This document shows, in pieces, positions 40,019 to 49,236 of a stretch of DNA of 64,000 bases. The stretch is from an uncultured Gammaproteobacteria bacterium (GTDB lineage Bacteria > Pseudomonadota > Gammaproteobacteria > Magnimaribacterales > TMED112). Position numbers and translations under genes: made by a program. Position 1 is the stretch's first letter. Each line of letters opens with the position of its first letter. The notes beneath the pieces are model-generated. The model was not told where the DNA came from and did no database searches. It worked only from the letters and a program-made list of their open reading frames with translations. The stretch is taken from positions 6,702-70,701 of the forward strand of contig CAJXFH010000003.1 of the NCBI GenBank assembly GCA_913052565.1. The letters are read 5' to 3'.

Positions 40019-40425
40019 TATTTATGTTCCTCAAGATCTTCTTGATAAAAGTTATCAATTAAATATATAAAACTATCCCAATTAAGATCAACTAACTTAG
40101 TTTCATCATTAAGCTTTTGATTTAAGTTTGAAATTTTTACTCTAACTCTGATTGGTTTGTTATCAAATTTGTAAACTAATGCTGGGTATTCTCCATCTTT
40201 TGTTACACCAAGCACTTGATCCCACCAGGCTGATGCTGGCTCAAAGCCCTTTTTATATGCTTTGCATTCAATATTCCATCTACCAATTTTTAAATCAGGG
40301 TGATTCTTCTCTTGGTATTGATTAAGAATTCTTCTAACAGGTTTTTTTAAATTAAGATCCTCTTGTAGTTTTTTGGCAATTTTTCTTTCGAAATCATGGC
40401 CTTTTTTTCTCTGATTTATTGTCAT
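40018..40425 (-). CDS. Hypothetical PD-(D/E)XK nuclease-like protein (Hjc / T7 endonuclease I-like motif order); candidate Holliday junction resolvase
   Basis: 135 aa with E13 in GHDFERKIAKKL, D44 in HPDLKI and E53-x-K55 in NIECK. The alternation of segments fits the alpha-beta-beta-beta-alpha-beta core. One-nt TAATG overlaps join it to yebC upstream and tolQ downstream. It occupies the ruvCAB-ybgC slot. Confidence 0.45.
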   Translation of the reverse strand: MTINQRKKGHDFERKIAKKLQEDLNLKKPVRRILNQYQEKNHPDLKIGRWNIECKAYKKGFEPASAWWDQVLGVTKDGEYPALVYKFDNKPIRVRVKISNLNQKLNDETKLVDLNWDSFIYLIDNFYQEDLEEHK

Positions 40426-41162
40426 TATGAAAATATTGATTGATCTAAATCTGCATTTGTAAAAACTTCTTGAACATCATCAAGGTCTTCTATAGCGTCT
40501 GTTAATTTAATGTTTTTCTCTGATTGTTCTGCATCCAGGGCAATATTATTCTCTGCTTCCATTACTACATCTGAAGCCTCTATATCAAAGCTATTTGCAA
40601 TAATTTTTTCTTTTAGAAGTGATAAATCTTTTGGATCACAAACTATTTCTGTTTTTTTCTCTGCAATATCGTTGATATCGTTAGCTCCATATTCTATTGC
40701 CAAGTCGTAAAGTTTTTCATTTGTCACATCAGAATTCACGAGAATCTTACCCTTAGCTTCAAATAAATATGCAACACTGCCTGAGGTTCCAAGATTTCCT
40801 CCATATTTTGTAAATGCATGTCTTATTTCAGAAACTGTTCTGTTTTTATTATCAGTAAGAGTTTTGATGAAAACGGCAACACCACCAGGTGCATAACCTT
40901 CATAAATAACTTCTTCTAAATTTTGACCTTCTTGGCCGCCTGCTCCTCTTTGTATAGCTCTATTTATTGTGTCTTTAGCCATATTTGCTGATAAGGCTTT
41001 ATCATATGCTAATCTTAATCTAGGGTTATCCTCGACAACACCTCCACCCTCTTTAGCAGCAACAGTCAGCTCCCTAATTATTTTTGTAAAAACAGCTCCT
41101 CTTTTTGCATCTTGTCTTGCTTTTCTGTGTTTAATGTTTGCCCACTTTGAGTGACCTGCCAT
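40425..41162 (-). CDS. yebC: YebC/PmpR family DNA-binding transcriptional regulator
   Basis: 245 aa with the diagnostic N-terminus MAGHSKWANIKHRK. Confidence 0.93.
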   Translation of the reverse strand: MAGHSKWANIKHRKARQDAKRGAVFTKIIRELTVAAKEGGGVVEDNPRLRLAYDKALSANMAKDTINRAIQRGAGGQEGQNLEEVIYEGYAPGGVAVFIKTLTDNKNRTVSEIRHAFTKYGGNLGTSGSVAYLFEAKGKILVNSDVTNEKLYDLAIEYGANDINDIAEKKTEIVCDPKDLSLLKEKIIANSFDIEASDVVMEAENNIALDAEQSEKNIKLTDAIEDLDDVQEVFTNADLDQSIFS

Positions 41163-42922
41163 TATTCTTCCTTTCTGGTTATATGAAGTTCATCTAAGCT
41201 GTCTTCATTTACTTCACCTGGAGCATCAGTCAGAAGACATACTGCTGATTGTGTTTTTGGGAACGCTATTACATCTCTTATTGAGTCAGCTCCTACCATG
41301 ATCATTGCAAGCCTATCAAGACCAAAAGCTATACCTCCATGTGGTGGACATCCTGAGCTTAGTGTTTTTAAGAAAAAGCCAAATTTTGTCTCTACCTCTT
41401 TTTGAGTTAAACCCAAAAGATCAAAAACCTTTTGCTGCATGTCCTTTCTATGAATTCTTATTGATCCACCACCAATCTCAATACCATTAATTACCATATC
41501 ATAAGCTTTTGAATTTATTTCTAGGACATCTAGATCATCTAATTTATTCAAGTTTGTTTCTACAGGTGAAGTAAATGGATGATGCAATGAAGTTAAATTT
41601 CCATCATTTGATTCTTCAAACATTGGAAAATCTGTAACCCAACAAGCTCTGAACCCTTCGGATAGTAAATTTAAATCGAGGCCAATTTTATTCAATAGCC
41701 TGCTCATGTAGTCGTTGACAGTTTTTTTCTTTCCTGCCCCAAAAAAAACAAGATCTCCCTGTTTTAAAGATAATTCTGACATGATTTTTGATAGACACTC
41801 AGATGATAAATATTTGAGTATTGGTGAAGACAATGACTCTACATCTGAACCCTCTACCCTTATGTAAGCTAATCCTTTAGCACCAAAATCTTTTACAAAA
41901 TCTGTATATCTATCGATTTGACCTCTCCCAATCTTATCTCCTTCACTAATAACCAAAGCAGCAATTCGTGCTTTTGGATCGTTTGCTGGTTCTGAGAAGA
42001 CCTTGAATTCTTCTTTGACAAATATTTCAGATAGCTCTTTCAACATTAGTGGATTTCTCAAGTCAGGCTTATCAGACCCATACATTTCCATTGCTTCTTC
42101 CCATTTAAATCTTGGAACTTCTCCTAAATTTTCATCTAGAACACTCTTAAATGCTGTGGAGATCATACCTTCTGCTAGTGACATAATATCTTCCTCCCCA
42201 ACAAAAGATGCTTCAATGTCAATTTGAGAAAATTCTGGTTGCCGATCAGCGCGCAAATCTTCGTCTCTAAAACATCGTGCTATTTGATAATATTTATCGA
42301 ATCCTGCAATCATTAACATCTGTTTAAATAATTGTGGTGATTGAGGTAAAGCAAAAAAGTTACCAGGACTAGTTCTGCTTGGAACAAGATAATCTCTTGC
42401 TCCTTCCGGAGTAGCTTTAGTAAGAATTGGAGTTTCAATATCAACAAAATTATTATCTTCTAAAAAATCCCTTATAGACTTTGTAAGTTTTGATTTTAAT
42501 CGTAAATTTTCTTGCATTTCAGTTCTTCTAAGATCAAGGGTTCTGTGTTTCAACCTTACATCTTCTCCAACTTCTGAGGATTGATCTAATGGAAACGCAG
42601 GCGTTTCAGCTTCATTTAAAATCTCTATTACTGAACATCTGATTTCAATTTCTCCAGTGGATAATTGTAGATTTTCAGATTCATCTGGACGTTCCTCAAC
42701 AATGCCCCGAGCCTGAATTACGAATTCAGATCTCACTTGATCAGCTGCTTCAAAAGCATCTTTGTCTTCTGGATTGACTACAAGCTGCACGATCCCAGTT
42801 GTGTCTCTTAAATCTAGAAAAATAACACCGCCGTGATCTCTTCTTCGATGCACCCAACCACAAACCAGCACTTCTTTGCCGTTTTTTTTCTTATTTAATT
42901 TTCCACAATGATCTGTTCTCAT
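41162..42922 (-). CDS. aspS: Aspartate--tRNA ligase
   Basis: 586 aa with an OB-fold (FLDLRD), class II motifs (QSPQLFKQ, FRDEDLRADRQPEF, GLDR) and the bacterial GAD insertion. Confidence 0.95.
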   Translation of the reverse strand: MRTDHCGKLNKKKNGKEVLVCGWVHRRRDHGGVIFLDLRDTTGIVQLVVNPEDKDAFEAADQVRSEFVIQARGIVEERPDESENLQLSTGEIEIRCSVIEILNEAETPAFPLDQSSEVGEDVRLKHRTLDLRRTEMQENLRLKSKLTKSIRDFLEDNNFVDIETPILTKATPEGARDYLVPSRTSPGNFFALPQSPQLFKQMLMIAGFDKYYQIARCFRDEDLRADRQPEFSQIDIEASFVGEEDIMSLAEGMISTAFKSVLDENLGEVPRFKWEEAMEMYGSDKPDLRNPLMLKELSEIFVKEEFKVFSEPANDPKARIAALVISEGDKIGRGQIDRYTDFVKDFGAKGLAYIRVEGSDVESLSSPILKYLSSECLSKIMSELSLKQGDLVFFGAGKKKTVNDYMSRLLNKIGLDLNLLSEGFRACWVTDFPMFEESNDGNLTSLHHPFTSPVETNLNKLDDLDVLEINSKAYDMVINGIEIGGGSIRIHRKDMQQKVFDLLGLTQKEVETKFGFFLKTLSSGCPPHGGIAFGLDRLAMIMVGADSIRDVIAFPKTQSAVCLLTDAPGEVNEDSLDELHITRKEE

Positions 42923-43167
42923 GCTTTTTTACCTTCTTTTTTATTTATCTCTTTTTCAGTGGTATGAAGATTCTTTTTATTATCTTTTTTAAAATCTGTT
43001 TCGTACCAACCACTACCTTTTAACCTAAAGCCTGGTGCTGATAATAATTTTACCACTTTAGTAGATTTCGTACATTTAATGCATTTACTTAAGGCTTTTT
43101 CATTTATTTTTTGAAAAACCTCGAAGTTTGATTTACATACCTCGCAATAATACTCGTAAATCGGCAT
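42919..43167 (-). CDS. FmdB family zinc-ribbon protein
   Basis: 82 aa starting MPIYEYYCEVC, with a second CxxC (CIKC). The CxxC_CxxC_SSSS pattern is commonly found upstream of aspS. Confidence 0.8.
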   Translation of the reverse strand: MPIYEYYCEVCKSNFEVFQKINEKALSKCIKCTKSTKVVKLLSAPGFRLKGSGWYETDFKKDNKKNLHTTEKEINKKEGKKA

Positions 43168-43209
43168 AATGCTATTTAAATTACCATATAATTAATTGAG
43201 GAGATTATA

Positions 43210-44481
43210 GTGTATTTCTCGAAATTATTCGTCCCTTCAACGAGGCAAGACCCTTCAGATGCAGAGCTTATAAGCCATAAATTAATGATCAGAAGCGGCA
43301 TGATTAAAAAAACTGCTGCAGGTATTTATAACTGGCTGCCAATTGGCTTAAAAGTTCTTAAGAAGGTTGAAGATATTGTGAGAGATAATCTCAACAAATT
43401 TGAAGCACAAGAGATACTTATGCCAATGGTTCAACCTGCTGAGCTTTGGAAAGAGTCACTTAGGTATAACGAATATGGCAAAGAGCTGCTTAAATTCAAG
43501 GATCGATCTGACAGGGATTTTGTGCTGGGGCCCACTCATGAAGAGATTGTCTGTGAAATATTCAGAAGCTATCCGATAAGCTACAAAGATCTACCAGTCA
43601 ATTTATACCAAATTCAAACAAAGTTTAGGGATGAAATTAGACCGAGATTCGGAGTAATGAGGTCAAGAGAGTTTTTAATGAAAGATGCATACAGCTTTGA
43701 TATTGATGAAAAAGGCTTAAAGAAAAGTTACGAAAAAATGAAAAATGCTTATATAAGCATTTTCGATGAAATTGGTTTGGATTATAGAATTGTAAAAGCT
43801 GATGCGGGAAATATAGGTGGTGATGTATCTGAGGAATTTCATATATTGGCTGATTCCGGCGAAGATTTGCTAGCAATTAGTGATGGAAGCGATTTCGCGG
43901 CAAATGTAGAAGTCCTTGAATACGATAAAGACCCAAGTGAACTTAAAGGAGCAGATTCACCAGATGGAAAGGGAAAACTCGAAATTAAAAGAGGCATTGA
44001 AGTTGGACATATATTTCAGCTCGGCCAAAAGTATAGTGAGAAAATGTCTGTAGCTATTAAAGACAAAAACGGTGAACAAATAAATTCTTTTATGGGTTGT
44101 TATGGTATTGGTATTTCAAGGATTGTAGCTGCAGCGATTGAACAAAATAATGATGAGAAAGGAATAATCTGGCCAAATTCTATAGCACCTTTTCTTGTAA
44201 ATATTATTTGCTTAGACCCAAATAAAGAAGAAGTTATTAAAGAGTGTGTAAGTGTTTACCAAATATTAAAAGATGCTGGGCATGAAGTCTTATTAGATGA
44301 TAGGGATATAAGAGCTGGCATAAAGTTTGCAGAAAACGAAGTTATAGGAATACCGTTTTCTATAGTAATTGGTCCAAGGAATTTCTCTAACAATAGCTAT
44401 GAGTTTAATTGTCGAAGGACTGGAGATAAACACGAAATGACTATTGATGATATTAAGCACAAATTGGAGGAAGAAAAATGA
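43210..44481 (+). CDS. proS: Proline--tRNA ligase, bacterial type lacking the INS editing domain
   Basis: 423 aa. A GTG start follows GAGGAG by 7 nt. The N-terminus aligns with E. coli ProRS. Motif 2 is FRDEIRPRFGVMRSREF and motif 3 is GCYGIGISR. Only about 40 aa separate HILADSGEDLL from GIEVGHIFQLG. Confidence 0.9.
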   Translation: MYFSKLFVPSTRQDPSDAELISHKLMIRSGMIKKTAAGIYNWLPIGLKVLKKVEDIVRDNLNKFEAQEILMPMVQPAELWKESLRYNEYGKELLKFKDRSDRDFVLGPTHEEIVCEIFRSYPISYKDLPVNLYQIQTKFRDEIRPRFGVMRSREFLMKDAYSFDIDEKGLKKSYEKMKNAYISIFDEIGLDYRIVKADAGNIGGDVSEEFHILADSGEDLLAISDGSDFAANVEVLEYDKDPSELKGADSPDGKGKLEIKRGIEVGHIFQLGQKYSEKMSVAIKDKNGEQINSFMGCYGIGISRIVAAAIEQNNDEKGIIWPNSIAPFLVNIICLDPNKEEVIKECVSVYQILKDAGHEVLLDDRDIRAGIKFAENEVIGIPFSIVIGPRNFSNNSYEFNCRRTGDKHEMTIDDIKHKLEEEK

Positions 44482-46343
44482 TCAGGTTTTTCACATCTAT
44501 TGGAGGATTTCTATTAGGCGCATTACTTTTCATGTTCTTAATGATAATTTCATTTAACCCAAATTATTTTGCAAAAATGGCGTTAAAAGACTTTGCAAAA
44601 GATTTAGCTACCCCAGCTAATAATAGTTTAGACAAATTCCTTGATGAGTCTGTTTTGGAACCTATTCTTGAGAGCCCAGAAACTCTTACAAGCTTGGGCC
44701 TTCATCAATTAGATTTCTTAACAAATCATAATGAAAAACTTAACGATTACTCTGTTGAGAAATCAGAATCAGATCATGAAAAATTCCTAATTTACTATGA
44801 AAAGTTGAATAATTTTGATGAAACTAAGCTACCTGAACCAGCCAAACTAAACTTAGAAGTTGCAAAGTTTGCAGCTGGCATAGAGAAAAGGGGTTTTGAA
44901 AGCTTCAGATATTACATGGGTCCTTTTATTCAATTTTATGGAACTCATCTCAGTTTCGTAAATTTTCTAACAGACACACACAGACTAGATAATGTTAAAG
45001 ACGCTGAAGATTACATTAAACGTTTATCCAAGGTGCCACTTGCAATTGATCAACTTATGGTTTTTGAAAAAAGAAGAGCAGCCAACGGAATCTATTCGCC
45101 AAAATTCGTTTATGAGAAGACTATGTTGCAATTAAGTTCACTGATAGAGACACCAAATAAAATACATCCACTCTTTGTTAGTTTTGAGGAGTCTATAAAA
45201 GAGCTGGGTATAAGTGAAGAGAAACAAGAAAGCTTACTTTCAGAATTAGAAGAGAAAATTGAAAAATTTAAATCTTCATATGCAAATTTAAAAGTTCTGG
45301 TAGAGGAGAATTTGAAAAATGCCAGAGAATTTGACGGGGTTTGGAGCCTGCCAAATGGAGAAGATTACTATAAACATCGACTTCAGATTTATACAACGAC
45401 AGACCTAACAGCTGATGAAATCCATAATTTAGGACTCGAGATGGTAGAAGAAATTCAAACAGAAATAAGAAGAATTCTTTCAGAGGAGGGTTATGACATA
45501 AACCGGCCTTTAGCCGAGCTTTTTGTCGAGCTAAACAATGATCCTAGGTTTTTATTCGAGGATTCTGATAAAGGAAGAGAGGCAATACTTGAAGAATATA
45601 GAAGAATTAATGATGAAACATATGCAATGTTGCCTGATTACTTCAATGAGCTACCAAAAGCAAAAGTCGTTGTAAAAAGAGTGCCTATTTTCTCTGAAAA
45701 AAGTGCAGCTGGTGGTTATTATCAGGGTTCATCTTTGGATGGATCTAGGCCTGCTGCTTGGTATGCAAATCTCTATGACATAAAAGCTACTCAAACCTTT
45801 AAAATGCCTGCTCTCTCTTTTCACGAAGCAGTTCCAGGTCATCACTTGCAAATAGCTCTTAATCAAGAAAATCAGAATCAAACGCTATGGAATAAATTTG
45901 GTTATAGAACTTCTGCTTTCACTGAAGGATGGGCATTGTATGCTGAGAGATTAGCTATTGAAGCAGGACTGATAAAAGATCCTTATGAAATGATTGGCTC
46001 TTTGCAATCAGAATTGTTTAGAGCTGCAAGGCTTGTTGTCGATACTGGGCTTCATGCAAAGAAATGGACAAGAGAAGAGGCAATAATCTACATGATGGAT
46101 AATGCTGGAGAAGTTAGAAGTGAGTCTGAATCTGAGATCGAAAGATATATTGTCTGGCCGGGTCAAGCTACGTCTTACATGATTGGAAGAATAAAAATTA
46201 TGGAGCTAAGAGAAAGAGCTCAAACTGAACTTGGCAATAGGTTTAATATAAAAGATTTTCACTCAGTGGTCTTAATGAATGGGATTTTGCCTCTAACTGT
46301 ATTAGAGGCTTTAGTTGACCAATATATATTAGAAAACAGTTAG
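44478..46343 (+). CDS. DUF885 family protein (putative metallopeptidase-like), N-terminal membrane anchor
   Basis: 621 aa with the TM segment [23 protein letters not shown] and the DUF885 hallmark HEAVPGHH followed by EGWALYAE. It has an ATGA overlap with proS. Confidence 0.7.
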   Translation: MIRFFTSIGGFLLGALLFMFLMIISFNPNYFAKMALKDFAKDLATPANNSLDKFLDESVLEPILESPETLTSLGLHQLDFLTNHNEKLNDYSVEKSESDHEKFLIYYEKLNNFDETKLPEPAKLNLEVAKFAAGIEKRGFESFRYYMGPFIQFYGTHLSFVNFLTDTHRLDNVKDAEDYIKRLSKVPLAIDQLMVFEKRRAANGIYSPKFVYEKTMLQLSSLIETPNKIHPLFVSFEESIKELGISEEKQESLLSELEEKIEKFKSSYANLKVLVEENLKNAREFDGVWSLPNGEDYYKHRLQIYTTTDLTADEIHNLGLEMVEEIQTEIRRILSEEGYDINRPLAELFVELNNDPRFLFEDSDKGREAILEEYRRINDETYAMLPDYFNELPKAKVVVKRVPIFSEKSAAGGYYQGSSLDGSRPAAWYANLYDIKATQTFKMPALSFHEAVPGHHLQIALNQENQNQTLWNKFGYRTSAFTEGWALYAERLAIEAGLIKDPYEMIGSLQSELFRAARLVVDTGLHAKKWTREEAIIYMMDNAGEVRSESESEIERYIVWPGQATSYMIGRIKIMELRERAQTELGNRFNIKDFHSVVLMNGILPLTVLEALVDQYILENS

Positions 46344-47317
46344 TCTGCGAGCACTGAAGCTTCAATTTCTTCAAGAACTTTTGGATTTTCTTTCAAGAAT
46401 TCTGAAGTTTTAGCTATTCCTTGGCCAATTTTATCGCCTTTATAACTATACCAAGCGCCTGCTTTTTCGATAATTCCCTTTTTCACTGCAAACTCAATTA
46501 TTTCAGCGTTCTTATTTATACCCTTGCCATACAGAATTTGAAATTCAACGACTTTGAATGGAGGTGCCATTTTATTCTTGACAACTTTTACTCTTGTTTC
46601 ATTTCCAATGATCTCATCTCCATCCTTAATGGCCCCTATTCTTCTAATATCCAATCTAACACTTGAGTAGAATTTAAGAGCATTTCCACCAGTTGTGGTT
46701 TCAGGATTTCCAAACATAACGCCTATTTTCATTCTTATTTGATTTATAAAAATAACTAGGGTATTGGATTTTTGTATACTGCCTGTGATTTTTCTTAGAG
46801 CTTGAGACATTAGTCTAGCTTGAAGCCCAACGTGAGAGTCTCCCATATCTCCCTCCAGTTCTGCTCTTGGCACAAGAGCGGCAACACTATCTACAACAAT
46901 GACATCTAAGCTTCCGCTCTTAACTAACATATCTGTTACTTCTAATGCTTGTTCACCTGTATCTGGTTGAGACAATAGTAGCTCATCAATATCAACGCCA
47001 AGTGCTTTTGCGTATTCAGGATCTAGGGCATGCTCAGCATCTATAAAAGCTGCACTTCCGCCAGCTTTTTGACACTCTGCAATGATTTGTAAAGTTAATG
47101 TAGTTTTGCCTGATGATTCAGGACCATATATTTCACAAACTCTGCCTTTCGGGAGACCACCTATTCCTAAAGCTCGATCAAGACCAAAAGAGCCTGTTGC
47201 TATAGAAGGCACTTCTACTGTTTCTCTGGTGCCTAACTTCATTATTGTTCCTTTTCCAAATTGACTTTCAATTTGTTTTAAAGCGCTATCTAAAGATTGT
47301 TTTTTTGAATCTGCCAT
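46340..47317 (-). CDS. recA: Recombinase RecA
   Basis: 325 aa with Walker [10 protein letters not shown], and the L1/L2 loop regions conserved. It ends at ...EIEASVLAD, without the long acidic tail. Confidence 0.97.
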   Translation of the reverse strand: MADSKKQSLDSALKQIESQFGKGTIMKLGTRETVEVPSIATGSFGLDRALGIGGLPKGRVCEIYGPESSGKTTLTLQIIAECQKAGGSAAFIDAEHALDPEYAKALGVDIDELLLSQPDTGEQALEVTDMLVKSGSLDVIVVDSVAALVPRAELEGDMGDSHVGLQARLMSQALRKITGSIQKSNTLVIFINQIRMKIGVMFGNPETTTGGNALKFYSSVRLDIRRIGAIKDGDEIIGNETRVKVVKNKMAPPFKVVEFQILYGKGINKNAEIIEFAVKKGIIEKAGAWYSYKGDKIGQGIAKTSEFLKENPKVLEEIEASVLAD

Positions 47318-47328
47318 TTTTTTTCCTA

Positions 47329-47348
47329 TAGTGTATGGATATACAGTA
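47329..47348 (-). promoter_or_regulatory. Candidate LexA (SOS) box upstream of recA
   Basis: The minus strand reads TACTGTATATCCATACACTA, against the gammaproteobacterial consensus TACTGTATATATATACAGTA (CTGT-N8-ACAG). There is one mismatch in the right half-site. The box lies 11 nt upstream of the recA ATG, directly 5' of the AGGA. Confidence 0.6.
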
Positions 47349-47442
47349 TTAGATCATACATTTTCTGAATAGTCCATATCTAATTAGATTTTTTAACTTT
47401 TAATAATTTTTTGCAACCCTATTTATAAAGTAAAATAATTTT

Positions 47443-47769
47443 ATGGCATTTGTTGTTACAGAATCATGTATTGAGTGTAAACACACTGATTGTGTTGAGG
47501 TATGCCCTGTTGATTGTTTTTATGAAGGTGAAAATTTCCTTGTAATAAATCCCGATGAATGTATCGATTGTGGTTTATGTGAACCAGAGTGTCCTGTTGA
47601 TGCAATCTTCTCAGAGGATGAATTGCCTCCAGACCAAATACCTTTTATCGAAATTAATGAAAGACTATCTCAAGAATGGTCAAATATCTCAGAAAAGAAA
47701 GATGCTCTTCCTGAAGCTGAAAAGTTTGGAGAAATAAAAGAAAAAATCAGTTTACTCAAAGAGGACTAA
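47443..47769 (+). CDS. fdxA: 7Fe ferredoxin (FdxA type, [3Fe-4S][4Fe-4S])
   Basis: 108 aa starting [29 protein letters not shown], followed by [12 protein letters not shown]. Confidence 0.9.
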   Translation: MAFVVTESCIECKHTDCVEVCPVDCFYEGENFLVINPDECIDCGLCEPECPVDAIFSEDELPPDQIPFIEINERLSQEWSNISEKKDALPEAEKFGEIKEKISLLKED

Positions 47770-48500
47770 TTTAAGTGCAGCCAAACTGCAGGAACTGATC
47801 CCATTATAAGACCAGAAAAAAATACTTTTAGTTGAATTTCATTTTGTTGGAATCTATCAATAATTTGTTTTGGAATAAAAAGAAATGACAATAGCATTCC
47901 AATAATAAATGGAAGTAAGCCAATCAAGTCTAAATTTTTTATATATGAAATAATTAACTCGTATAACCCCAAAATCACAAGGACTAAAGATCCAGATATC
48001 CCTGGTAAAAGAAAAGCAGTAAACGCTAATAAACCTGCTACCAAGATTAAAAATACATTATTAAAATTTAAATCTATTAATGAGAATGCGATAACTAAAG
48101 CTATTAAAACTCCGCAAACAAAGCTGACAAAGAAATTTTTTGATAATGAAATAGAGTGGTCTAAAAAACAATTTTTTACTACTGCAATAACCATGACAAA
48201 AGACAAAAATATTTTAAAAATAAAGAGGTAATTATTAATCAGAAAATCTATGAAAAAAGCTGAAAAATATATAGATATCAACATCCCAATACCTAGAGGA
48301 AAAGTGAACATTGGATTTAATCCATCTAAAAAATATTTCAAATTTAAACGTAAGGAGTTTGGGTTAAAAGTAGACAAAACCTTAATGAAGTCTTTGTAAA
48401 CATTAAATAAGCCTGCGATTGTGGCTCCTGAAATTCCCGGCGTTATTTCTGCAATCCCCATACAAAAACCAGCCAAGAATTTATGAAAAAAATTAGACAT
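47766..48500 (-). CDS. DUF368 family polytopic membrane protein
   Basis: 244 aa with an internal duplication carrying the two DUF368 motifs TPGISGAT and LPGISGSL. Confidence 0.7.
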   Translation of the reverse strand: MSNFFHKFLAGFCMGIAEITPGISGATIAGLFNVYKDFIKVLSTFNPNSLRLNLKYFLDGLNPMFTFPLGIGMLISIYFSAFFIDFLINNYLFIFKIFLSFVMVIAVVKNCFLDHSISLSKNFFVSFVCGVLIALVIAFSLIDLNFNNVFLILVAGLLAFTAFLLPGISGSLVLVILGLYELIISYIKNLDLIGLLPFIIGMLLSFLFIPKQIIDRFQQNEIQLKVFFSGLIMGSVPAVWLHLN

Positions 48501-49236
48501 CTGGCAATTTGCCTTTTACCTTTTCGAAGTTCGTCATATCCCAATATAAAGGAGTTACAGAGACATTATTATTGTTAATTGCTTCAAAGTCTGTACCTGT
48601 TAGATCGCCATTTGGTTTTCCTGATTTTCCAATTTTATAACTCACTTTATTATCATCTCCGTCAAATTCTGGTGCTAAAGGAACTCCTCTATTGCCAAGC
48701 TTTGTCAAAACGAAATCATTTATCTCATTGAAACTTACATTTGGGATATTCACATTAAAAACAATACCATCATGAAGAGAATCAGAGTAATTAGACTGGA
48801 CGTAATTTAACATCATTTCGGTTGCCAAAACGGCAGAATCAAAATTTTCAAACGACTTGCCTGCAATAGACGATGCGATTGGGGGGTATTTTAATTTCCT
48901 ACCTGTAAAAGCAGCGCCTAAAGTTCCTGAGTGCATTACGTCATCACCCATGTTGGCCCCTTTATTAATTCCTGAAACAACAATATCTGGAATTTCTTTC
49001 ATAATTGCCATTAAACCCATGAAAACACAATCAGCTGGTGTGCCATCAACTGAATAAATATTCTCATCTAGTTTCTCAATTTCAACCGAGGTTCTTAATG
49101 TCAAAGCAGCTGCCTGACCACTCTTGTCATGTTTTGGAGCAATTAAAGTTACAGAGTGATTTTCAGATAATCTTTGATAAAGAGCTCTGGTAATTTTTGA
49201 CTCGATCCCATCATCATTTGTCAGAAGAATTCTCAT
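48493..49236 (-). CDS. surE: 5'/3'-nucleotidase SurE
   Basis: 247 aa with MRILLTNDDG and the GINKGAN motif. Confidence 0.93.
   Translation of the reverse strand: MRILLTNDDGIESKITRALYQRLSENHSVTLIAPKHDKSGQAAALTLRTSVEIEKLDENIYSVDGTPADCVFMGLMAIMKEIPDIVVSGINKGANMGDDVMHSGTLGAAFTGRKLKYPPIASSIAGKSFENFDSAVLATEMMLNYVQSNYSDSLHDGIVFNVNIPNVSFNEINDFVLTKLGNRGVPLAPEFDGDDNKVSYKIGKSGKPNGDLTGTDFEAINNNNVSVTPLYWDMTNFEKVKGKLPDV

Noticed and set aside
40018-40425. The 135-aa ORF could be YbgC (a similar-sized thioesterase that normally precedes tolQ) or a divergent RuvC.
   Set aside because: It has no hotdog-fold YbgC motif (YEDTD..GVVYH) and no RuvC-like acidic tetrad pattern. The E...D...ExK order fits PD-(D/E)XK nucleases better. 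The functional call is still only moderately confident.
47349-47442. Possible riboswitch or small RNA in the largest spacer (recA/fdxA divergent region).
   Set aside because: After subtracting the SOS box and the promoter space needed for two divergent genes, fewer than 100 nt of AT-rich sequence remain. I can see no conserved structure in it.
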